A DNA stretch of 64,000 nucleotides, taken from contig JALMLS010000062.1 of the NCBI GenBank assembly GCA_038496445.1, positions 248,001 to 312,000 of the forward strand. The letters are read 5' to 3'. A program made the position numbers and the translations under genes. Each line of letters opens with the position of its first letter. Position 1 is the stretch's first letter. The stretch comes from Trichosphaerium sp. ATCC 40318. Its lineage: Eukaryota; Protista; Tubulinea. Below, one piece after another: positions 12,001 through 23,562 of the stretch. Under the pieces are notes generated by a model. It was not told the origin of the DNA, did no database searches, and was given only the letters and a program-made list of their open reading frames with translations.

Positions 12001-15000
12001 TTTGGATTTGTTCAACGTAATAACTTAGCCTGTTATCACAAGATATATTCTCATGTTCAAGATGACTCAACTCAGCACAAAGACTACAAGCAAGCATTAA
12101 AAACAATATCGAAAAAAAGGCAAAAAAAAACCAGAAAAACGCAGAAAGAGAATCCGATAGATAACGTACTCAACATGCTGTTGGAATTCTGTTTGAGAAA
12201 AGGTTTCCTCACAAATACGACAAACCATTTGCTCATCCTATTTTAAAAAAGGTTGGTTATCGGACACAAAAAATTGAAAATAACAATAAGAAATAAACAT
12301 ACTGTGTCTTCAAGGCAATCACTAGAGTCTGTGGATAAATATATCTTATCTAGGCTTCCTTGTCTCTGTGTAAACATAGTTAGCATAACTGTGAACCCAT
12401 TAAACAACATACGCTAAGAGATTGACCACTACTCTCAATAATCTTGGGTACATCTGTGGACTGGCGTATTGCGCTGATAAAATCCATTGAACCAGACTTA
12501 TGCATTTCAACGGCATCCTCATGAGGAATAGGAGGAGTAGAGTAAGAACGCTCTTTAACAGTTGATGGGAAAGCGCTCCAGCTCAAACTTAAACAACAAA
12601 CCGTGAGTTCAAAGCAAAAAGCGAGAGGTAGGTGTCTTCCTTAGTTATTCCCAAAAATTATTTCACCGAACCAAAAACCTTTCTGAACATACCTCTTCTC
12701 TTCTGGATTGGTGAAAATCAACTCCTTCGTACTCGTCCTTCGTAATTTACCCTTAGGATTCTAGTGACATTAAGTAAGTTCAACAAATTGTACAAACCAT
12801 AAACACCATCTCCCGCCAGTGTATGAGCACGTGGAACGATTATTGGAGTTTTCATGGTTCAAGAAAAAAAAATCCAAAAAATGAATTCGTCTTTTATAAA
12901 TGACGTACCCCACCGCTACCAGTTTCCGTGTAATTAGTTAATCGTGCCAATTTACCGAAAATAAACAAAACGCGAATTGCTTTATCTCTTGTGACTTCAT
13001 CACAGAATTTTAACAAATCGAGAATTGCTTTGACAGTTTCATCGCAGAATTTTGAGTTGACAGCCTTAGTTATTCTTATAGACTGTATAATAGCCTCCAA
13101 GTTCTCTGCCATTTCAATATACTCACTCTTTTGCTACGATAAAATTTAAGGATAATTAAGTTGGGAGAGTGAAGTACCTTTGGATTTGGTGATATTGAGG
13201 TTGGCGAACTATTGCAAAGGTTATTTTCGCGTCACAGCCTGTAGATACGTACGTTGAGTTATGAAGCATTTTTGGTTCATAATCATTCGCAAGGTTCTGT
13301 AATTCCATATCCACCTCAACCTTAGCAAGTGCAAGCCTATTGTTTAAAGTAAACTTCTTTTCTTTTCCAAAATAATAAACTCACAATTTCTTCTTCTGTA
13401 TTGTGTCCAGCTCACCAAACTCTGAACCAAGTTTTGTGTCAATAGATCGCGTACGCATACGTTTTCTACGAGCAACTGGAGATACAGGTTCAAGAGTACT
13501 ACGGAACGGTCTCTTGGGATGTGAAGGCGGAGCGCCTATTGAAAAAGAAAGGCGTTTATTGCCTCCTTTATTCTTCTTCTTTTTTCTTGGAGGCATTCTC
13601 TTAGGCCTATTATTAAATAATTTAGTAAGTACCTCCAAGCGACGATCTAGTAAAGTAAAAGCAAAATGACATTTAAAATGTCATTTCTTCACTGAAAGCA
13701 GAAAGTGACATGTTCAACGTACTCTGAAGCTTTTGGTGGACGTTTAAGTCTTTTTGCGTGCATGTAAAGTACTTTAAGCCATCGTACAAAATTTTCTTCA
13801 TCCTCAGCGCATATAAAAAATGGAGGGAGTCTTTGATTAAAGAGTAAGCCAAAACAAACGAATAATTTTTCAGAAAAAAATACCCTGGTTCATAAGATCG
13901 TATAGTAAAACAGTATGCTCTATCCTTCTCTGGTGCAGAACGTACTGATGTATTTTTTAATGATATAATACCTTTTGGCCTCGATGTAAGCTACAAAATG
14001 TCAAACGTCATTTGACATTTCATGTAAAATTATCAAATCCTGAAAAAACAAGGAAAAATGTAAAAAAAATCCACTGCCGCGTACATCTCCGTTAGAAAAG
14101 TAAAAAAGAGAGTCTCCAACGAGCATAAACCAACGCCGCTTCCAATTCTTTATTATATGACCTACCAAGTAAGTTAATACCGGAGTGAAAATTCCAAAAA
14201 GGAAGAACCAAAAAAGATTTATCATCATTTTCTTTTTCTCCTCACCTTCTTTCACCAACCATCCTTCTTTTATGGGATTCGATAAACTCTGGTATTTAGG
14301 CTATTACAATTAATAAATACAAGCTTATACGGCCAAAAACAAGAAAGCAATAAAATATCCATCAAAAAAGATCTCCCTCGAGCGGAACGCACGTTGTTTT
14401 TACTATGTAACCAAGCTAATACAAGCTCAAAGTCTCCTTTACATATTTGAACCAAAACACTGTTCAAATACTTTTGTAATAACGCCTTGAATAAAATGTT
14501 AAAAAAATATCCGTAAACAACATATAAAGACGACAGTGAGCGTACTAAGAACGAAAAGAAATTTGATAGTAAAGTTACTGGGTTCAAAATAAAAAAACTG
14601 TACAACTGACATAAGAAATTTACAAGACGTGTAAATACTACTACCGTGATATATCGAACGTTAAAAGGACAAAAGCGAAACAATAAAAAAAATTAGCGAA
14701 TTCGATAAAACCAAAACAGAGTGTTTGGGCGTATGTAAATTCTGGGTTTGACAGTGTGTTGGGTGGTGTTGGTGTAAGAAAAACGTACTTTTCGTTCAGC
14801 AAGGAGAGCTGGGTCAGTGCCAGATTTCCACCAGCGTTTAATAAGGTACGGCGTTCCTCTATACGTCGTGCCTTTTGCCCGAAGCTTTTAATCCAATTTA
14901 GCTTGTGGAAATACATTTTGGGGTTGAGCGCTTCGATAAACAAACGAAGCATTTTAACGAACTTGAGTCACGTACTTTAGCGTCCAGCCCAATGAATTGG

Positions 15001-15214
15001 TTGAATCGTCTATGAATGGTTCTATGAGTTCCACCATGGCTTACACGTATCGTATATGTCTATAATAACGATCAATACTCAGAAAGCGTCTATTAGCGTG
15101 TAGTTTTACCGCAAAAGGCTCGTAATTGCTTCCCAGCCTAATATCAGTGCCTACAACCTTCAACTGCGTTACTCTATGTTTGCTTGAACGGCGTTCAGTT
15201 CTAGGTTTCTCCAT
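9074..15214 (-). CDS. PX + PH domain AGC kinase of the Greatwall/MAST/IRE/Rim15 family
   Basis: Multi-exon. PX: TIHRRFNQF...KRWW...[18 protein letters not shown]: [19 protein letters not shown]. Zn-knuckle VCRICEE...H. Kinase: [54 protein letters not shown]. The 3' end is approximate. Confidence 0.88.
10817..10983 (-). other. GC-AG intron in the kinase gene
   Basis: The conserved MEYLIG|GDC is restored only with donor G|GCACGT at 10983 and acceptor AAAG at 10817. Confidence 0.85.
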
Positions 15215-16387
15215 TGTTACTACCACAATAACGCCATCCAATATGTGGTGTGTACGCGTGTTATTAACGTTAAAGAGAGCACTTTGACTTTTTTTGCTAT
15301 TTCGCCAAAACCACAATTGATTGCGATCGCAATAATTGTCCTATTTGTAAAAACAAGGCCTACTTACTGTTACTAATTAAACTGTATGCCCAAAGAACAA
15401 CGCAAAAGCCTTGTTTACGATTTTGGCAAGCCACAAAAGTTTTTGAGAAAAGAGTAATATGAGTTAATTAATATGATAAGTCGCCGTTACGACAGTTTGG
15501 CGGTAAGAAAAACTTATTAGTTTTTGATAGCAATTAAACTGCCAAAACTTTCGGCAAACGCGTTTTTCTTGTCTATTGAGCAGCCATACGTTGCTAAAAA
15601 CGTCCGAACGAATTAGGCATGCTCGTATGTTTTATAACCCTACCACATAGCTGCTACTCAGCATAACCACGCCGTTTTAGTACTAACAGACGCCAAAGCG
15701 CTTTGTTAACTGTAACCAACAAAACAATGACGAGCCAGAGTTACTAGACGCTTTATTGTATCAAAATAGCCTCTACTACCGCGAGTACAATTTTTTCTCA
15801 ATTTGTACGTGTATTGCCTATTTTTACAAAAAGAGCGTAAAACAGCAACACAATATCACCAGTCTATGAGAAAGAGTGTAGTGATACGTAGTGGCCCTCT
15901 TAAACGCAAAGTTAGGCTAACAATCTGTTTTAATTGCTAGTACTGTTTCAAAAGCTGTGTACACGCGTGTATGGTATACATTGACAACGACAAACAGACA
16001 GATGCCACCCTCTGCCCTCAGTGATGATAAAAGTTTAAGAGCTTGTAAATGCCGTAAATTGTACTTCACCACACTATTGTTTTGTACTTTAGCCCTTGCG
16101 TGTTTTGGGCATTTTAAACTTATCATCACGTGTTTTTAATGTTGACTTATTTGCCGGAAAAATATTTTGGTTGTCGACGCTTCTTTTCTATGAGTTAGTG
16201 TCCACCGAGTCGAAGTTCCTGATTATTTATTCGGAAGTTCTAGTTGAGTTTGAGCAAATGGATCAGTAGTTACACAGCAGCGCTGAGGACTGTTAAAGCA
16301 GAGCTCTTGGGCTCTGACAAATTGTTTAAATAAAATAACCCAAAAAAAGTCAATGCAGGCGTGTTCGCGTTCAAACAGTTTCCCCGC

Positions 16388-18383
16388 ATGTACACCCATT
16401 ATACAGTAGCTTGCGCATTATTGCTTTTTAGTCTAATATCAATATCAACATGCGAAATTGTGTTTCAAAGTTACAACAGAAGCATATCTGCACCTTCTCT
16501 TGAGTTTCAAGGTATTATTAGCTCACGTGACAAATATCAAGCCTTTTGAATTTTGACACGCTGCCAAACGTATGTCGTTCGTATAAACTTGGTTAGGTAA
16601 TACATATAAATTCATGGCGCTGTCGGGCAAGTTAGCTAGCAGGGGCGAAATGGTTGCAGGTTGCTGTTCTTTAATTTCGAAAAAAATCTAACCTTAGTAA
16701 GGTGATATTGTTTTCATTGAAGGCGCTGATCTAGGCCCTGTGAACGAAGTAGAAGAACGTATCATATCCGTTATTGAGGATGGAGCTAAAGGCATTATTG
16801 TAGTGCTATATGGTGATGGTTGCTTTATGTATTGGCTATCTCATAGTAAGTCAATAAGGTTGTTAGAGAAACTTACTACTTTGCAGCAAATACAGAAAAG
16901 TTTACGGTTCCTATAGTTGAAGTAGACAGCGATGTGATATCCTTAGAAAATCTACAGAGTATGGCTCAGTCGAACGTTACGCTGGAATTTGGTATAAATG
17001 CTTAACAATTGTTGTAATTCTAACGGTTCTTTTTTTTCAGAGAGAAACCAATGCAAAGAGTTTTTTGAATCTGTGGGGTATACAGTATCTCAAGCAATTC
17101 TTCTTACACTTGTTGTTATGGCAAGTATATTTTGCACATACAAGTAAGATATCACGAGATGTTTGATGGCTATTTTTTCGCTACCAGAACACGTGTTTGC
17201 ATTGACATATTTTTTCTTTTAGACTATGCAGGTTGGTTTGTGGGAAGTTTAAAACAAGAGCGATAACAGTACCTCGTTTATGTACATTTATCGAAATTAT
17301 TGCAAACGTAAGTACGTAGTTTGAAACACTACTTCCTCTATATACTTAACCATTGATTTTGTTAGCTCACATTGTCTTTGTAATCGATTTAAACTGTGGT
17401 AGAAATCTTATGCCGCATCATCTAGTGTATTGCTTCTATATTGGTACAAAGAAGGGATGGCTTTATTTTATGCTTATATTTGATAGTACCTATTCCATTA
17501 CATACTATAACTAACATGCTCATTGTGTTATATTGGCATGAAACTCTTCATAACAAAAAGATAAAGGTTACTTATTTTCTTGATACAATGAGGGTACGTT
17601 TCTTCAAATGGTTCATAAATAATTCTTATCATTCATAGATCCCATGTTATATTTTTTCTGGCATTGTGTTTTGTATAGCTGTCTTTACAGCGGTAGCATT
17701 TCTTACAAATCTGCCATCACGTGAGTACAAACTATTCTGATTATATTCACTTATAACATTGAAATAATTCGTAGTTATTATCGGTCTCCTCGCTTGGGCT
17801 GCTGTGATTGTAATTGACATTGTCATTCTCATTATGCAATCCATCGTTCTTTGTAAGGTACAACAGTTGCTTGAAAGGCTGTTGACAGAACGCCTTTTTG
17901 GCAAGCTGAAGCTAGACCTCCTCATTGGCGTTCTTTGCTAACGATGATGTTGGATAGATATACAAGAAGGTTAAACAATTCAAATCCTCAGATGCGAAGT
18001 ACTGGAAGGCTAGGGTACCAAATCAATCAAAGATAGAAAGTTGGTTAAATGCTTTTTTCATAGATACGAATACGGATTTTGATTAATACCTCATTGTTAT
18101 TTCTTGTTACTGTGTTTTCAATTTTACAAATCCCTGTGCAAATATGGAGTGGTGTTGCTATTCAAAACTGGACAATATACATAATGCTTGCATTGCACGT
18201 TGTCTTATCATGTGTCCAGGTATTTTTTGTTAACTTTGTCTTTTTTTGTCATGTTTGGATATTGTACTAACGTACGGTCTGTTAGGTTTATTTCTTCCAA
18301 CCCATTGTAAAAAAGAACAAAAATACGACATCCACAGGAGTAGCAGGACAAAATAACATTGGCATTAGAACACTAGTAGAATG
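16388..18383 (+). CDS. Signal peptide + PA-like ectodomain + about 7 TM segments (GPCR-like membrane protein)
   Basis: Spliced product has GDIVFIEG...VIEDGAKGIIVV...FTVPIVEV (protease-associated domain pattern), then seven hydrophobic helices including ...NMLIVLYWHE; TGA at 18381-18383. Confidence 0.65.
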
Positions 18384-18696
18384 AAACAAGTTTACTTTGA
18401 CAACCAGAGAATTTTTTTCTTGTATACAACAGTAAGTTTGATTGACTTAGTTTATAGTTCACTAGAATCTGAAGGCTCGGTTGTTAGTCGTTTCACCGGA
18501 TCAGGTGTCTGTGGATTTTTGTCTTCATCATATTCGTGTGTTATTTCAACCGCCTTATTTATATCATATAAATCTATCCATGCTCTTCTTCGTAAAAATG
18601 TTTTTTTTCAGATGCGGAAATTTCGCATTTTTGGATTGTTTTTGTTTTAAAATAGGCAAGCGCTCCCAATACGTCACTTCGTCATCCATTTTTGCT

Positions 18697-21281
18697 ATGA
18701 CGGCCATTTATACAGCCATTACAGCAGCTGTGGTACTTTGCAATGTAATTTGTACGGCTAGCGCTTGTTTTTTTTTAATTCGTTGTACTAACGCGTCAGT
18801 CTCTATGGCAATGTTTGCAAACCCGCAATTCAATACGTTTCTAGATGTTAGCGAAATTAAACCAGAGTTTAGCGCTTTTCCTGATGCTGATGTAGCATTT
18901 GGCGTCTCAAGCGCTGGACCATCATATTTCTACGCTGCTCAAGGTAATTAACGCTTCATTTACTTGTTTGACTGTTCAAAAGGTGCAAACCAATTGTCAC
19001 TAGATGTGGCTACACCCACAAGTACGTAAAGGCATTCTAACAACAGCTAATGGTAAAATTTCTTGAGCTTTTTTTTGAACCCGTTTTGGAAAGTGGTAGA
19101 AAACGGAATTTCGTTCCTTCTTTGTTGGCAGAGAAAAACAATTTGTATTTTTAACTTACCGATGTTAATAGGCTTCTTTAATGGCGAGAACATCAGTACT
19201 GGAGTGAATTTTGATGATCATACTGGCCCTGTCATTGTGTACGGTGACCAGACAGCAGCATTCGTTTATGTAAATGCAGCTGGAATGCTGTCATACAGAA
19301 TCATAAGCTATTTGGTGCGGACCTCTTTTGCTTCCTCTCCTCGTACCCTTCCTTTGTTTTTTCTCATTTTTCTGATACTAGGGAGGTGTCTTGAACTCAG
19401 GAACAGAGACTGAGTTGATGGATAGTACTATTAATGCTGATTTAAGCTACTATGTTTCTTTTGATAAGTCAGTATTTGAAAGTGAGCGAGTGACTTAATT
19501 TTTTTTTGGTACTAAGTTTAAACAGCATCTGGTGATGAAAGGTTTCTTGTTTTTGGGGTATTCTCCAATTCAAGTGATCCATACTACTTTTTAATTTCTA
19601 ATGACAATCCACCTACTACCCATACATTTAATAGACGTACGTATGATTTATTTGTTGTTTACTAAGTTTTTGTGTTAACTTTTTTGTTTCGAAGTTCATA
19701 TTCCTTTATTTTATGAGCTAGATGTCATTCATATGAATGTTCCAGGCTGTTTTGTAAAGCCTATTATAGCTTACCAAGCAATCTATCATACGATAGTATA
19801 CCAGATAGTAGCAGCCACGCTTGGATCCATTTCAGTAAGAAATACGCTTTTTACTTGTTTTTATACAAAACAGTTCTAATTACAATACTTTAGGAGTTCC
19901 AAATGTTTTACAACGCACAAACAATAGATGGTTATGCACATGGTGGTAGCGTTTCTGTTGCATCAATTGATGATACTCTATTTGCTATTGAAGTCAATGG
20001 CACACAATTAAATATAATCACAACACTAGTAGACTGCTCTGACTTTTCTACTCCCTTTCAGTCATCCTCCTTAAACACAGTTGATATACCTACTATATTA
20101 CCCTACGTAGCTTCTATTCTAGTATTAGAAACGGCTATTAATGTAAATTTATTAATTGTGTACGTGGAGACAGGATCAAGAGTTACAATCCAAGCTTACA
20201 ATGTATGTCTGTATTTCCTAAGGTTGATTTCTTTATAACTTAACAATTATAGCATACCACAGAAGAGCTCCTTGCACCAAAATATACAAGTAATACATTA
20301 AGCACAACGAGAATAATTAAATTAAGCGCTACATTTGATACAGCAGAGTGTGTGGTGACAGTACGCATTCTTATTTTGTTCTAACTTTTTTTTTTCTCTA
20401 CTTTTCGTAACTAATATCAAAAGGTTCTCGCCTTTTTTAATGATGATACAACAAACATCATCTTTTATAATGAATCACTTGGTATCTTCTATTGTTCAAT
20501 TCCAGCAACTACAGAACCACCAACTGCAATTGAGCCTACAGCACCACCAGTAGCAACACCCACATCGCCACCTGTGGCATCACCTACAACGCCACCTGTG
20601 GCAACACCCACTTCGCCAGCTGTGACATCACCACCAGTAGCTATACCAATATCACCAACTTCCCTAGCTCCTATAGCAACACCAGTAGCTATGCCAACAT
20701 CACCTATAGTACAGCCAGTAACTACACCAACATTAGCGCCAACTACAGTGCCACCAGCGACATCACAAACACCAGGAACTCCATCAACAAGAGCAATTTT
20801 CACGATTATCATAGATCAAGGTATTCCATCAGAAATACCTTCCAATCAGACATTTGATGACTTAGAAGTCATATTTATAAATGACATAATACCTATCCCA
20901 ATCACAACTTGTCCAAACATATCTCAGATTAATGTGTCTATCAAAAACAAACAAGTTTTTGACGCTATCCTCGAACAAGGTAATTTCACATTGTTCAATC
21001 TTTCTGTACAATGTTTCATCTTTGATACTGTTCAAATAACAGTGACGACACCAGGTAATGAACAATGTACTACAGATACATTAAAACAACTTGATTCTAT
21101 TGTTGTATTAATATCTTCATGTGACGTAAATGATCAAAATGGAAAAAGTCAAATGACCTTAACTTACTCTGTAATTGCTGTATGTGTTGTTATAGTAGGG
21201 TCTATAATAATAGCAATATCAATTACTTTGTACCTTCGAGCAAAAAGATCTCGAGAAATAACTGCTAATGCTGTATTCTAA
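18697..21281 (+). CDS. Type I membrane glycoprotein with Pro/Thr-rich stalk
   Basis: N-terminal hydrophobic leader, multi-exon ectodomain, PPVATPTS repeats at 20510-20790, TM segment YSVIAVCVVIVGSIIIAISITLYL, basic stop-transfer RAKR. Confidence 0.7.
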
Positions 21282-22412
21282 GAGAGTTCCAAATAAAAAC
21301 AGAGTTTGTCAGGAGTAATAAAAAAGATGCTTTCAGAATTGTTTTTGAACCCACTCATGTTTAAACGCTTGTTCAAATAACAGACTTACTATGTGGCACC
21401 TGGAATTTTCTACATTACAAAATGATCAGCAGTCGGTAGAAACAAGGTGAATGGAATCAGCCTGACACAACGTGATTGGTTGAAACTAAACTGTATCATT
21501 TTTTAGGATTCCTTACTACTTTGCTCGGTCTGTAAACAACATATGGCGCTACATAAATGCTATAGGAATCGTTGCTCTACGAAAGCAATAGAATGCATAG
21601 TGTAGTTCACTGTTCAATGGATTAGAAATGGTAAAACATGTATGTAAGAGCGCACTAGCCTCGCTACAAGTGATCTAGTGCTTGGATAAATAAAGTGTGC
21701 GTCAAAGCTTTAAAACAAAAAGTGATTTGATGGCCGTTCGAAACACCGAAAACTAGCGGACGTATATCACGTGCGACAGTTTACCACCGAATTGTTTATA
21801 TACCCTTTTCCCAGTTAGTAAAATCTGTTTTTGGCTATCGTAGTCGTTTCAAGCACCCTTTAACACTGTTCGTGTAAGATTTCGTGGTTTTACGTTTCTG
21901 CCGATGCCAGAGAAACAAACGTTTCGCTTGAAGAGCCTATCACGTGGAAGTAACAGATAGGGTTCAATTATCTACACATCGTCTCATGAAGTTGCCAACG
22001 GCAGAGGCGCTGGTAGTTCGTTTATTCATGTTCCGTAAAGGAACAATGATTTCAATGGATTACAAAAACCATTTTATCTAGAAGTTCCTATCTTTTTCCG
22101 CGGTTTTGCAGTCCAGCTGTAAAGACCACGTTAATGTTATCATAACATGAAAGATTAAAGCGGGAACAGGCAATACGCGAACCGACGCAAAATCAGAGAT
22201 CTTTAAACAAACACAAAACAATCAGTGAATCAAAATTACAACGTTCTTCCCAACTCACTTTTTTGGAAAAGACTTTTACTCTGGCATCGCCAGCAAACAG
22301 AATCAGCTGTTGATATCTGATGACAGAACGCAATGAAGCTCCTGGGCGCAAAGATACCGCCAAAAAACCCTGGAAAAAAAGTCGGGGCACAAATTAACAA
22401 CATAATACAACA

Positions 22413-23319
22413 ATGTTTCCTGGACACACACCTCAAGCTTTTGGTAGTAACCCTGCTAGCGATATGTTCGGTTCACCTTTTGGAGGACAGCAATCAAACC
22501 AAAACCCAGGACAAGCACCTCAAGGAGGTAGTGATATGTTCGGTTCACCTTTTGGAGGACAGCAATCAAACCAGAACCCTGGGCAAGGCTTTGGCGGTGA
22601 TATGTTTGGTTCTTCACCTTTCGGCGGGCAGCAACCTAACCAGAACCCAGGGCAAACACCTCAAGGTTCAGGTAACCTTGCTGGCGGTAACAATCTTGGT
22701 TCTTTCTCGTTTGGAGCCCAACAACCAAACGCACAAGGAAAATCTGGATTCTCCTTCTCGTCAAACATTGCTGGGATGAATATCAAAATGACTGGCTCAG
22801 GTGAGCACAAACCGCGTCCACAAGACATGCGTACTTGTCCAAACTGCGATGGCAAAGATAGTGCCAATTGCCCAACATGCCAAGGCAAGGGTAAAACAGA
22901 CCTAACTAAAACCTGTCCACGTTGCTTCGGCAAAGGTATGTACTTTTATGTGACAGACAAACTGTGCAGTACTAAAATTTAAACTACAGGTGGTATCAGT
23001 AGTGACGGCCCAGTGTATCGCAGTGACCCTAAGTTCTTACGTAAAGTTGTTTGAAATCACGTGGTTTGCTTATTGTTTGCAGGTATTTGTGACCTTTGCC
23101 ATGGCAAGTGCTATATAAGTTGTCATTGGCGCCATATGACCTGCAGACGTTGTGGTGGAAGGGGAGGAATGGGCAAATACGGGCCATGTGATAATATGCC
23201 GCACGATCCCAAGTTTGAGAGATTCTGCAAGAAATGTGGTGGACTTGGTAAGTACATCAAGATTGTTTAAACGGTTGTGTTGCTAACAAATACTTGTAGG
23301 CTATCATATGGATTTCTAA
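22413..23319 (+). CDS. G/Q/N/F-rich repeat protein with DnaJ-type CxxCxGxG zinc-finger repeats and no J domain
   Basis: Three DMFGSPFGGQQxNQNPGQ repeats, then CPNCDGKD, CPTCQGKG, CPRCFGKG, CDLCHGKC, CRRCGGRG, CKKCGGLG; three introns. Confidence 0.8.
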
Positions 23320-23562
23320 CCTATAACAGTAGATTTTACTACCATCAATGAGAGTTAAAATAAATAGATTCGGTCTTAATAGTGCTTCTTCTTGTTGAAA
23401 AACTATCGCTACTTTGCCTGATAACAATTAGAGTGAATTTGACAAACGTTACATTAATCGTTATTTATTTACATTACATAGGTCTTTTAAAATACTGTGG
23501 TATGTACAAGGGTAGTATTATTGGGAAGTGGTGGTTTTTTTTTCAGTAGAGTTATTAATGTC

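Noticed and set aside
12761-12908. Apparent exon with a non-AG acceptor in the kinase gene
   Set aside because: The whole segment is explained as one phase-0 GT-AG intron.
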